Below, piece after piece: positions 11,807-24,358 of a stretch of 41,618 bases of DNA. Position numbers and translations under genes: made by a program. The notes beneath the pieces are model-generated. The model was not told the DNA's origin and made no database searches. It saw only the letters and a list, made by a program, of their open reading frames with translations. Position 1 is the stretch's first letter; each line of letters starts with the position of its first letter. Source of the DNA: Octopus bimaculoides (lineage: Eukaryota); assembly GCF_001194135.2 (NCBI RefSeq), contig NC_068998.1, positions 13,256,905-13,298,522 of the forward strand, read 5' to 3'.

Positions 11807-12141
11807 TTACCTCTGCCTTAGTGAAGGCGGAGGTATTGTTTTCAGTTGTGTATGTTTATTTGTTTATTTGTCTGTGGGCAAGATATTTCAAGAACCGTAG
11901 GATGGATTTGGATGAAACTTTCAGTACCAGACAAGGATTCTGGATTATTTTTCCGGTTTTTTAACTTAAATTTTGAGAGTGGTCGGGCTCATTTTTAGTA
12001 TTGTCATTTTTGAGAGCAGTCCAGTTTATTTCAGTTATTCTCATTTTAAAGATGATGATGATGATGATGATGATCTCTGGCTAATCGTTGACAGGACATT
12101 GGTGTTGCTTTGGCAGAAGTTTGCGCTCTCTGAGCGCTCTT
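11807..12141 (+). mobile_element. Helentron-associated non-autonomous element (HINE/DINE-1-like), internally deleted
   Basis: 5' hairpin acctctgcctt-agtg-aaggcggaggt, GTTT/GTCT-rich tract, 3' sub-terminal repeat tggcagaagt and stem-loop gcgctc-tct-gagcgc; homologous to 30658-31014. Confidence 0.8.
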
Positions 12142-12173
12142 AATATTATTGTTATTGTTATTGTTATTATTAC

Positions 12174-12206
<33 letters not shown>

Positions 12207-12375
12207 GGGAACAGAATTGTTAGACTGTTGGACACAATGCTTTGTGTTATTTTACAGTGGTCAAGTTTTACATTCTGTGTTTAAATCCTTCTTTGTTCAA
12301 CCTTGTCATAGATCTTCCCAGGTCGACAAAAGGAGTTCCAATCAATTGTGTACTGAGCTTATATGAAACAATTAG

Positions 12376-13206
<831 letters not shown>

Positions 13207-13318
13207 ACTACAACAGCCAACAGCAGCAACATTTAGTGTTCTCTTACGCATGGTGTTGAATTAATCCAACAAAAACAACATCGAGACATCAACTCAACTC
13301 AATCTCTCTCTCTCTCTA

Positions 13319-13372
<54 letters not shown>

Positions 13373-13802
13373 TCTCTCGCTCCCTTAGCAAATAATGATC
13401 TTTTCTTTGCTTGGACACATAAAAAAGGCTTGTGCAAATACAACACAGCAGAAGGTTGTGTATCAAGTCAGCCGATGGATTTTCGCAAGGGTGGATTAAC
13501 AGGAGGTTCAAGCAGAGTCACTTAGGGACAGACGAAGAGTCTTAAACAAACAGATCAAGTGATAAGGTAATTATTGTTGGAAAGAAAGCAAATTAGTGAT
13601 TCGGCTTAATTATAAATTAAGATAATTGATGAAAGGCTTGGACGAACTAGCATGGAGTAACGAACTAAAAAGTCAGGTTGAACTTACAGAAATCAATGGG
13701 CAATTGTGCTGGCAGGTAAATAGTATTGAACACATGTATATATATATAGATGTGTATGTGTATATACAAGTATATATATGCGTGTGTGCGTTTATCTATC
13801 TA

Positions 13803-13841
<39 letters not shown>

Positions 13842-13887
13842 CTGTATGTGAGTGTGTGAGTATATGTATGTGTGTGCGTGTGCGTGC

Positions 13888-13922
<35 letters not shown>

Positions 13923-15044
13923 TTTGTGTGTGAGTATGTGAGTTTGTGTGTGTGTGNNNNNNNNNNNNNNNNNNNNNNNNNNNNNNNNNNNNNNNNNNNN
14001 NNNNNNNNNNNNNNNNNNNNNNNNNNNNNNNNNNNNNNNNNNNNNNNNNNNNNNNNNNNNNNNNNNNNNNNNNNNNNNNNNNNNNNNNNNNNNNNNNNNN
14101 NNNNNNNNNNNNNNNNNNNNNNNNNNNNNNNNNNNNNNNNNNNNNNNNNNNNNNNNNNNNNNNNNNNNNNNNNNNNNNNNNNNNNNNNNNNNNNNNNNNN
14201 NNNNNNNNNNNNNNNNNNNNNNNNNNNNNNNNNNNNNNNNNNNNNNNNNNNNNNNNNNNNNNNNNNNNNNNNNNNNNNNNNNNNNNNNNNNNNNNNNNNN
14301 NNNNNNNNNNNNNNNNNNNNNNNNNNNNNNNNNNNNNNNNNNNNNNNNNNNNNNNNNNNNNNNNNNNNNNNNNNNNNNNNNNNNNNNNNNNNNNNNNNNN
14401 NNNNNNNNNNNNNNNNNNNNNNNNNNNNNNNNNNNNNNNNNNNNNNNNNNNNNNNNNNNNNNNNNNNNNNNNNNNNNNNNNNNNNNNNNNNNNNNNNNNN
14501 NNNNNNNNNNNNNNNNNNNNNNNNNNNNNNNNNNNNNNNNNNNNNNNNNNNNNNNNNNNNNNNNNNNNNNNNNNNNNNNNNNNNNNNNNNNNNNNNNNNN
14601 NNNNNNNNNNNNNNNNNNNNNNNNNNNNNNNNNNNNNNNNNNNNNNNNNNNNNNNNNNNNNNNNNNNNNNNNNNNNNNNNNNNNNNNNNNNNNNNNNNNN
14701 NNNNNNNNNNNNNNNNNNNNNNNNNNNNNNNNNNNNNNNNNNNNNNNNNNNNNNNNNNNNNNNNNNNNNNNNNNNNNNNNNNNNNNNNNNNNNNNNNNNN
14801 NNNNNNNNNNNNNNNNNNNNNNNNNNNNNNNNNNNNNNNNNNNNNNNNNNNNNNNNNNGTATATATATATACATATATATACATATGTATATATATACAT
14901 ATATATACATATGTATATATATACATATGTATATATATACATATATATATGTATGTATGTACACACACACACACACACACACACATCTATATATATATAC
15001 ATATATACACACAAATATATAAAGGAATATATGTATATATCTAG

Positions 15045-15268
15045 ATGTGTCTTTGTGTCTGCATTCCCACCACCACCACCACTAACTGCTTGATGACCAG
15101 TGCTGGTATGTTTATTTCCCCATCACTTAGCAGTTTGCACAAAAGAAACTGATAAAGTACTAGGCTAAGAAAAAATAAGTCTTGGCATCAATTTGTTCAG
15201 CTAAAACCCTTTGAGGTGGTGCCCCAGCATGGCCACAGTCAACTAACTAGAACAAGTAAAAGAAAAGA
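15045..15268 (+). mobile_element. Family A SINE body and tail
   Basis: gtgctggtatgttta...cagcatggccacagtcaa...aacaagtaaaaga. Confidence 0.8.
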
Positions 15269-15293
15269 AGAATATAAAATATATATAATTTAT

Positions 15294-15724
15294 CTCTTAT
15301 CTTTTACCTCAGTTATTTGACTGTGGCCATGCTGGGGCACCACCTTGAAGGGTTTTAGTTGAACAAATTGACTTCAGGTCCCTTTTTTCTTCTTTTTTTA
15401 AGTTTAGTACTTATTTTATCAGCCTCTGTTGCTGAACCACTAAGTTACAGGGATATAAACACACCAATACCGGTTGTCAAGCGGTGGGTGGGGGAACAAA
15501 CACAGGCCCAAAGACATACACATTGAGATGCACATGCCCACACACACACGCACACATATACATACACATATATGATAAGCTTCTTTTATTCTCTATCTAC
15601 CAAACCCATTCATAAGGCTTTGGCGGCCTGAGGCTATAGTAGAAGATACTTCCTCAAGGTGCCACACAGTGGGATTGAACCCAGAACTATGTGGTTGGGA
15701 AACAAGTTTCTTACCACACAGCCA
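15294..15724 (-). mobile_element. Family A SINE, near full length
   Basis: Reverse complement runs from the head (tggctgtgtggtaag) through an internal microsatellite to the tail. Confidence 0.88.
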
Positions 15725-15892
15725 TAAATAAATATATATCTTATATATATTGCATGGAGCATTGTTTGATATATATATATATAAATGTTTTAATTTTTTT
15801 TTATGAAGTTAAAGTGATGCAAATTATAGGAAATAATGCAGGTTAATGGTCAGTATTTTTACCTTGTATTTCAACATTTCAGGATTAGTACA

Positions 15893-15936
<44 letters not shown>

Positions 15937-16341
15937 TGCATGCATGTATGCATGCATATAAACATACATACATACATATAGACATACACACATACACATA
16001 GCTACATTTTGAAGTTGCCTTTTAGCCCCAGGTGAACAGATATATGATGAAGGAATTACAGCAAATTTCATCTATGAGTATCTCATGTGTCCAGCAGAAT
16101 TTAGGACTACATATCCCAATGTGGCACTTGAGAGATATAGGGATATTTTGCTGCTTTTTCTAGCATAGTGATCAACTCTATAGAAGACACACTTTGAGCA
16201 TCACAATGGATTTTGAATTGGTTGGTTGTTGAACCCTAGGTCAACTGTGATCAAGTAAACCAACATATAATCATCAAAGGAAATCCAGCTGTGACCTTCC
16301 CTTCTTATTCATCCACAGCTATATTATTCTATGTAGCTTCT

Positions 16342-16885
16342 TTAACCCTTTTAGCGTTCAGATTGCTCCATCAAATGCAATGCTTATTGATTTATATTGT
16401 TGTGAACTAATCACTCATCTTGTAACTTATGAGAATTCAATGATGTGGTTGTTAATTTTTAGAATGACATTGTAGGGTAGGTGTGAGAGGCTGGACCTGG
16501 CCAGTTTGAAGATAAAACAGGTAGGAATTTCAACCATGTTTCGTGGTCTGCTACCACAACAGCTCCTTTATAGGATCCAGTTAGCTCAAGACATCATCAG
16601 GAGGAACCACGTCCGGTTTCGGCCCCTACCCCTCTACCATTTTGACGTGGCGCCCCCCCCCCCTTTCGGAGGTGTCTTCAGCTCTGGTGTTGGGTGCATG
16701 TCTTCTTTCTTCTATTCCCTGGCCTCTTCGATGCAGCATCAACGAGTGTCAGCGTCCGACTGACTGTCTTGTCAAATTCCCCTTTTTATACCTGCTGCTA
16801 GGCTCCAGCAGGCTGCCCCAGCAAGTTGTCACATGACACTGTCTATTTCGGCTGGATATGGCTGAGTTAAATGCTAAAGGGTTAA
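16342..16885. mobile_element. piggyBac-type MITE carrying a ~314-bp insertion
   Basis: TTAA-CCCTTTTAGCGTT at the left end and AATGCTAAAGGG-TTAA at the right end; CCC termini with TTAA target sites are the piggyBac signature. Confidence 0.85.
16531..16844 (-). mobile_element. GC-rich LTR/pLTR-like insertion with TATA and Inr
   Basis: Abrupt GC-rich block inside the MITE; minus-strand TATAAAAA (16790-16783) lies 29 nt upstream of the A of a TCAGT initiator; ATTT on both sides. Confidence 0.55.
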
Positions 16886-16922
16886 GACAACATTGCGTTT
16901 GATTTTAGAGATATTTGTCTGC

Positions 16923-17110
16923 TAGAATGACATTGTAGGGTAGGTGTGAGAGGCTGGACCTGGCCAGTTTGAAGATAAAACAGGTAGGAATTTCAACCAT
17001 GTTTCGTGGTCTGCTACCACAACAGCTCCTTTATAGGATCCAGTTAGCTCAAGACATCATCAGGAGGAACCACGTCCGGTTTCGGCCCCTACTCCTCTAC
17101 CGTTTTGACG
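16923..17110 (+). repeat. 188-bp direct duplication of 16460-16647
   Basis: Identical except for 2 substitutions near the right end. Confidence 0.95.
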
Positions 17111-17458
17111 GAGCAATCTGAATGTTAAAAGGGTTAAAGAAGCTACATAGAATAATATAGCTGTGGATGAACAAGAAGGGAGTGACTATGTAGAAGCTCC
17201 CTTGTTTCATAAGTTGTTGTTGTTGCTGTTATTATTTAGTGACAGGTTAACCCTGATCTAGCTGATCTGCGATCAAAGTGATTTTATCTAATTTGTTTCC
17301 TATGTTCAAGGAACTCAAGACCATGCTATCTGCCCACAGTATCGTCTTTTCTAAGAGAGCAGAGGCTGGTATGATTTAAGAGAGATTTGGCTGTTATTTT
17401 TAGCAGGTGTTGAGCAACCACACACAGATTCTTCCCTCGCTTGGTTCATTATAAACAG

Positions 17459-17555
17459 GTTTCTGTTAGAAGTGAAAGATGAAATAAACAATCTACAAAA
17501 CATTGTACGTGAAGTAAAAAAAAAAAAAAAAAAAAGGAAAATGCAAAAGCAACAG
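17459..17555 (+). CDS. Candidate internal exon (phase 2 to 0), FLLEVKDEINNLQNIVREVKKKKKKRKMQKQQ
   Basis: ataaacag acceptor, CAG|gtatgt donor, 97 nt with an open frame and coiled-coil-like peptide. Weak pyrimidine tract, an A20 run and no recognised homology. Confidence 0.25.
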
Positions 17556-18439
17556 GTATGTTGTGATTTGCATTAAATTTCACATACGAGAAACAAACCA
17601 AATTAACGAAGCATGAATACAGGTAAAACAAAAATCAAAAATAACAACAACAAAAAAGGAATCATAGAAAAAGGAGCCTAAAATGGAGGATCTTCCAATA
17701 GTTGAGGTAGGGGCATGACAGGGGAAGGGAAAATCAAAATAGGAAAGAAAAAAAATATCTAAGTTCTGCCTGTGATTCCTTAAAAATATTTTGTTTGTAG
17801 TAGTACATGCGTGATACTAGAGCAGCAGTGAGTGATTCCTTTTGTCATTTCCATATAACTCCAACTAGTAGCAAAAAAATTTCCTGTCTAACCTTTGATT
17901 TGGTAGGATTTCTAATTTTAAGGAAGCTGACAGTTCATTAAAATGGAAATTACCAATGAAGAATTTCAATTAAAAACACACATATATATACATACATCAT
18001 ATACCTATATATATATATATATATATATATAGGTATATATGTATATATATATATATATATGTGTATATGTATATATGTATATATANNNNNNNNNNNNNNN
18101 NNNNNNNNNNNNNNNNNNNNNNNNNNNNNNNNNNNNNNNNNNNNNNNNNNNNNNNNNNNNNNNNNNNNNNNNNNNNNNNNNNNNNNNNNNNNNNNNNNNN
18201 NNNNNNNNNNNNNNNNNNNNNNNNNNNNNNNNNNNNNNNNNNNNNNNNNNNNNNNNNNNNNNNNNNNNNNNNNNNNNNNNNNNNNNNNNNNNNNNNNNNN
18301 NNNNNNNNNNNNNNNNNNNNNNGGGGGTGGCTGAGTAGTATTGATAAACTCCCACCCCCACTTTTTTATGATTTAAGATGTAAATACTTTGGGGGGGGGG
18401 GTGCTTGTCTGTTTGTTGGTTGGTTTCTTATTTAGTTGT

Positions 18440-18837
18440 TGCCTGTGTTTGTGCGTGTATGAATGTACGAAGGCAATATGTCTTTACATGTGTGGTGTGT
18501 GTATGCATGTGTGTGTGTGTGTGTGCCTGCGTGTGTGTTTGTGTGTGTTTGTGTTTGTGTGTGTGAGTGTTTGTATGTGTGTATGTGTTTGCATGTGTGT
18601 GTGTTTGTGTGTGTTTGTTTATATGTGTGCACGTTCATGAGTGCATGTTCATATGTGTGCATATGTGTGAGTGTGCATGTGAATGTATTATGTATGTATG
18701 TGTGTATGTATGTGTGTGTGTGTTTGTGTGTGTTTGTGTGTGTCAGTGTTTGTATGTGTGTGTGTTTGCATGTGTGTGTGTTTGTGTGTTTGTTTATATG
18801 TGTGTATGTATGTATGTATGTATGAGTGTGTGTATGT

Positions 18838-18870
<33 letters not shown>
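18440..18870. repeat. Compound (GT)n microsatellite with a higher-order internal duplication
   Basis: Directly visible; the block near 18541-18630 recurs near 18715-18805. Confidence 0.95.
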
Positions 18871-18871
<1 letters not shown>

Positions 18872-19667
18872 TAGGTCCTTTCTAGACACTTGGTTTTTTT
18901 TTTGGTCTGTTTATTTTTCATTCCTTGCTTTGTTTTATACTGCCCCACCTCCCCCTATATTTCAATTTGTGATGTCTAAGGTGTTGATACCATTGTTGTT
19001 ATTGTTGTTGTTGTGATTGTTGTTTGTTTGTTTGTTTTTGTCATTTGTTTCATTGTTTAAAGAAGATCAAGAGGGTCTATAAATACAAAACATACGTATA
19101 TATATGCAGATGAGATGCAATGAAGTAACATCCGAAACTGAGCTGACTGTAGGAGGCTTCTATCAATGACTTGCACAGCTTGTAGTGTAGTAACTAGCCT
19201 ACTGTATTTATTGAGTGCTTCGATGTGCATAAATATCAAGAAAGCATAAGTGGAAGAAGCATTTCCAAAGGAGAGACAGAGAGAGAGAGAAAATAGAAGC
19301 AAAGAGCGGGGGGGGGGGAGTGAGAGGAAGGAGAAAAAGTGAGGCAGAGAGAGAGAGTTTGCATGTGAGATGCATACAGATGCATGCAGATAGAGAGAGA
19401 TGAAATAAGATGAGACAAAGAAGATGCTAAGATGCAGCAAATGCAGAACTGCAGTGAGGTTGAGATTTCTTTTTTTTTTTTTGTTGTGTATATATTTTTC
19501 CTCTCCAATCTTCTCTGCACTAAACAGACATAGTATGGCTGTATTATTGATGTATTGGAAAATAGAATGCTAATTAAATATGCATTCTGTTGGGATTTTT
19601 AATTGGGTGAAGGACAAAAAGAGAGAGAGAGAGAGAGAGGGGGAGAGAGTGTGTGTGTGTGTGTGTA

Positions 19668-19731
<64 letters not shown>

Positions 19732-20065
19732 TGAAAATGGTTGTTGTTGACATCTGTTTAGCATAAGGATAGCAAACCTATTTTTAAAACTGCTATAACT
19801 TTGACCATTCCATTGTTTTACTAGAAACAGAGAACTTGGAACCCTATTATCTAGCATGGCCCTCTCTTCTAAGACATTAGGGTTTGACTTCTAGGAGATT
19901 TGGCTAGTATTTCTGGGAATATGATAGTGATCATATGAAATCGCTTTTCGCCAGCCAAGGATTCCCAGAACACAGGAGTTCTGTGAGAGGTCACCAGGGA
20001 TCACATAAGAAATAGACTAATTATGTTAAAGTATTTTTGAGTGATTTTTATGTTTAATTCCCTAT

Positions 20066-20465
20066 TACTCTTTTACTCTTTTAATTGTTTCAGTCATTTG
20101 ACTGCGCCCATGCTGGAGCACCACCTTTAGTCGAGCAAATCGACACCAGGTCTTATTCTTTGGAAGCCTAGTACTTATTCTATCTGTCTCTTTTTGCCAA
20201 ACCGCTAAGTTACAGGGAGATAAACACACCAGCATCGGTTGTCAAGCGATGTTGGAGGGAAAACAGATACACAAACACACACATATATATACATATACAT
20301 ACGACGGGCTTCTTTCAGTTTCCGTCTACCAAATCCACTCACAAGGCTTTGGTCAGCCCGAGGCTATAGTGAAAGACACTAGCCCAAGGTGACACGCAGT
20401 GGGACTGAACACGGAACCATGTGGTTGGTAAGCAAGCTACTTACCACACAGCCACTCCTGTGCCT
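20066..20465 (-). mobile_element. Family A SINE, full length, CpG-rich
   Basis: Reverse complement: aggcacaggagtggctgtgtggtaagtagc head through to gactgaaacaatt tail. Confidence 0.92.
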
Positions 20466-20859
20466 AGAATTAGTGATTCTTTTATAAACATGCAGGTGAA
20501 ATATAACCTTGCTTGAAAACAGCCAAGGGTTGGTGACAGGAAGGACATCCAGCTGTAGAAAATCTGCCTCAACAATTTCATCCAACACATGCAAGCATGG
20601 GAAAGTGGACATTACAAACAATAATGATGATGATGATGTATTTAGTATCATTGTTGGCTGTGGCAGGATTTGAACTCAGAATGCAAAGAAGTAGGGCAAA
20701 TATTACAAGGTTTGCAAAGAGAATTTCTTTCAATTCTGTCAATCCATAAACCTGGTTAGGTTCTTTTTTTTTTTGTTTATTTATCAACTTCAAAAAGGTG
20801 GAAGCAAATTGAGAGCAGGAGCTATCCTGAATGTTGCCTGAAGGGCAGCTTCAAGGCAA

Positions 20860-20896
<37 letters not shown>

Positions 20897-20897
<1 letters not shown>

Positions 20898-21045
20898 GAT
20901 AGGCTTCTTTCAGTTTCCACCCACCAAATCCACTCACAAAACTTCAGTTTGCCCAAGGCTATAGTAGGAGACACTTCAAGGTGTCACACAGTGGGACTGA
21001 ATCCAGAACCATGTAGTTGGGAAGTAAGCCTTGTACCATGTGCCC
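20897..21045 (-). mobile_element. Family A SINE head fragment
   Basis: ggcttctttcagtttcc...cagtgggactgaatccagaaccatg; ends at a (TA)n run. Confidence 0.8.
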
Positions 21046-21099
21046 TACCACTCATAAGGCCAGAGAGGAACTCAGTTCCCATGGAGTGTAAGTGACTAA

Positions 21100-21269
21100 A
21101 TTAAAAAAAATTGTCCCTGGATGGGAGAAATTTATACCTGAGTGGACTGGAGTGATGTGAAATGAAAAGTTTTGCGCAAGAACACTACGTACTGCCTTGC
21201 CTGGGAATTAAAACCACAATTTTGGGATTGTCAGTACAACACCTTAACCACTAGGTTACTCACTTTCAC
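21100..21269 (-). mobile_element. Degenerate tRNA-derived SINE (family E-like)
   Basis: Minus strand gtgaaagtgagtaacctagtggttaagg...ttaattcccagg...ctccagtccactc resembles 4228-4564. Confidence 0.6.
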
Positions 21270-21290
21270 TAAATCATTTACACTGAGAAG

Positions 21291-21710
21291 AAAATTCTAG
21301 GAAAACAATAAGAAGATGATGAATGTCTTGGTGGGTTTCCTTCAAGTGAGGAAAAATAATAAAAAAAAAAAAGATCCAAAAGGTATGCGTTTAAAAATAT
21401 GTTTTGTAACTATTTTTATAAAAGTTCTTTTATAATTACATCTATATGTGTTTATTTATTTGTAGGTGTGTGCATGCAAGGTATATATATATATATATTT
21501 GCAAAATTCTTGGAAAACAATATGAGGTTGATGAAAGACTGTCTTGGTTTGTTTCCTTCAAGTGAAAAACAAGGATGTAAAAAAATTAAAGATGAAAATA
21601 GTACACTTTTAAAAATATTTCTTCTAGCTATTTTTATAAAAGTTCTTTTATAGTTACATCTATATGTGTTTATTTATGTGTATGAGTGTATGTGCAAGGT
21701 GTGTATAAAT
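21291..21710 (+). repeat. Diverged two-copy tandem duplication, period ~212 bp
   Basis: aaaattct(a/t)ggaaaacaata at 21291 and 21503; shared gtttccttcaagtga and ctatttttataaaagttctttt blocks. Confidence 0.85.
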
Positions 21711-22004
21711 ATGCAATATTTATAATGTTCAAAGTATAACTGGAAACAAAAAAGTCCATAAAACTTGCACAAAAACCATTTTTTATGAAATGTCATACAG
21801 ACCAATTTAAATAATTTTATTATTAACTGTTGCCCATTTTCAGTTTTTCAATATTCTGTCACTTACACAGAAACGTTAGAATTATATTTAATAATAAACT
21901 CTTCACAAATTTTCTCACAGTACATTGTTTGGTAGATCTAGTTCTAGTTTTATCCCAGTGAGTGTATATATAAATATATACATACAGACACACACATATA
22001 TATG

Positions 22005-22052
<48 letters not shown>

Positions 22053-22260
22053 GACACACATAAACACACTGCTACTGATATATATGTGTACATACACACA
22101 TATGTGCATATATTAATACATATAAATAAGAAAATATGTATAAACATAGATATATGTGTGTGTATGTGTGTGTATACACTCACACACACACATATATATG
22201 TATGTATGTGTCTATCTATCTGTGTGTAAATATGAATATCCACACACTCTTACATACAAG

Positions 22261-22340
<80 letters not shown>

Positions 22341-22352
22341 GATTTTATTCAG

Positions 22353-22403
22353 AAATGGGAGCCTCACAATAAAGGAACCATGAAATTACTGCAAACATTT
22401 CAG
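22353..22403 (+). CDS. Candidate 51-nt symmetric exon, KWEPHNKGTMKLLQTFQ (host gene unidentified)
   Basis: ttttattcag acceptor, consensus CAG|GTAAGT donor, length a multiple of 3, only the phase-0 frame is open. No homology recognised. Confidence 0.45.
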
Positions 22404-22774
22404 GTAAGTATCTTCCATTTAAAATGCAGCATTGGATTTCATATGAGGAAGGAAAATAGATAAACATAGATTTTCAAGCGTATAGACATTTATATATACT
22501 GACAAATGAATTTACCTGGAGTGTAAAAAAATGCAGAAAACTAAGGTGGAAATTCATAGCTTTTCAACTTGACAGTTGTTTCTGGGAGCTTGGAATTATG
22601 TAATAGTTAATATGTTCATAATTAACGGATAGAACGTGCAGAAAGTTATGGATATACAACCAGTAGGCGGATACATAGAAACTTTACCATAATACTGGCT
22701 TCCTTCATCAGGAGTGGAAGATTAGCAAACAGCAGTTCACACCGTCATTATCATCACTATCATTATCATCAATA

Positions 22775-23060
22775 TCATCGTTTAACATCCATTTTCTATG
22801 CTGACATGGGTTGGACGGTTTGACTGAAAACCGGTAAGCTGGGGAGCTGCACTAGGTTCCAATCTGATTTGGCATGGTTTCTACAGATGGATGTCCTTTC
22901 TTATGCCAGCCACTCCAAGAGTGAAGTGGGTGCTTTTTATGTGCCACCAGCACAGGCACCAGTTACAAAATACTGGCATCAGCCACAACTATGATCTCAC
23001 TTGGCTTGGCAGGTCTTCTTAAGCATGGTGTATTGCCAAAGGTCTCGGTCATTTGTCACT
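22775..23060 (-). mobile_element. Retroelement 3' portion (family F) with (GAT)n tail
   Basis: tcgtttaacatcc...catgggttggacggtttgactga...ctacagatggatgtcctt matches 38074 and 40130. Confidence 0.8.
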
Positions 23061-23511
23061 ATTGTTTAGTCAATTCAAAAGTCTAAATGGGAAATATTAT
23101 TTCTTGCTTTTCCTTTTTTATATTCATTATTTCTATCTTTCTGTCCCATCTGCCAAATTCACTCACAAGATATTAGTTGCCCTGGGGCTATAACAAAATA
23201 CATTTTCCCAAGGTGCCATGCTGCGAGACTGAACCCCAAAACCACATGGTTGCAAAGTAAACTTCTTAGCTATACAGCCATGCCTCCACACAGTAATGTT
23301 TCTGCCAATGTATAGCATTAAAACAGAATTCTGTTAATACACCTTTGAGTTATTAATCGAACTAACACCAACACTCTGAATATACAACTACATCAATGCA
23401 ATTTACTTAAGCACTTAAGGGAGTTGATAAATAAAGACTCTGTGAATAAAGAGGTTACATAGGAGCTGATGAAATCCCAACATAAGATTAAGACTTATAT
23501 ATTTGATCTCT

Positions 23512-23754
23512 AAGGTGGTCAACTGGCAGAATCATTAGTATGGTGTGCAAAATGCTTAGTGGCATCTCATTTGGCTGTACATTCTGAGTTCAAATTCCAT
23601 TGGGGTCAACTTTTTCTTGCATCCTTTTGAGGTCGATGAAATAAGTACCAGTTGAGCACTTGGGCCCATGTGATCAAGTGGCCACCTCTTCTGGACTTGT
23701 TGACCTTGTGAAAAAATTTGAAGGAAATTTTGAAAGAAATTTGAAAGAAATTAC
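23512..23754 (+). mobile_element. Family B SINE with slipped tail
   Basis: aaggtggtcaactggcagaatc head, GAGTTCAAATTCC B-box, tandem tttgaaagaaa tail, 8-bp TSD tgatctct at 23504-23511 and 23755-23762. Confidence 0.85.
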
Positions 23755-24099
23755 TGATCTCTCTTTTCTTGCCAATGAAAATATTTTATTCAAAAAGACA
23801 AGGTGATTTCATCTGTCTAAATATAAAGTGTTGTTAAAATCTTTCTATCATTGGTTAAAATTCTGTGGTATAGAATATATCAAGAGATTTTGCATTAAAC
23901 CAAAAACACTGTTAAGAGAGGGAGAAAATGGGGAAGATGTGTAGTGTGAGGAAAAAGAAAAAAGGAGTGATCACAACTGGAAAGCTTGTGATCATGGGTT
24001 TGTTTCACCAGAGATGAACTAGTGTTAAATAATAAGAGAATTCAAATCCTTCTGAGTTGTGGTTCAACACCTTATTTACATTTATTATGGGCTCAAGGA

Positions 24100-24358
24100 T
24101 TCATAAGGCAGGAACTTAACCCAGTTTTCACTTATAAGTGACTGGGATTACAGCACTCTCCTCTGAATGGGATCTTGGTCCATCACTAAGTTAACATTCC
24201 AGCTATTTTTGTAATACATTCACAACTGAATGAATTGGAGGAATGTGAGAGGAAATATTTTGCCCTAGAGCACGATGCACCACCCAGTGTGGAGATAGAA
24301 ACCATGATCTTATGACCATGAGGACAATACCTTAACCATTAGACCAAGCACCCTCACA
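24100..24358 (-). mobile_element. Degenerate tRNA-derived SINE
   Basis: Minus strand gtgagggtgcttggtctaatggttaagg head followed by a cattcagttgtgaatg core resembling family E. Confidence 0.6.

Noticed and set aside
13380-13730. Unique segment rich in TAAT/ATTA words with a CAG|gtaaat donor
   Set aside because: These words are frequent by chance at this AT content, and no acceptable acceptor was found; an enhancer cannot be supported from sequence alone.
13796-15093. ORFs of 350-400 aa
   Set aside because: Almost entirely X residues from the 902-N gap, flanked by microsatellites.
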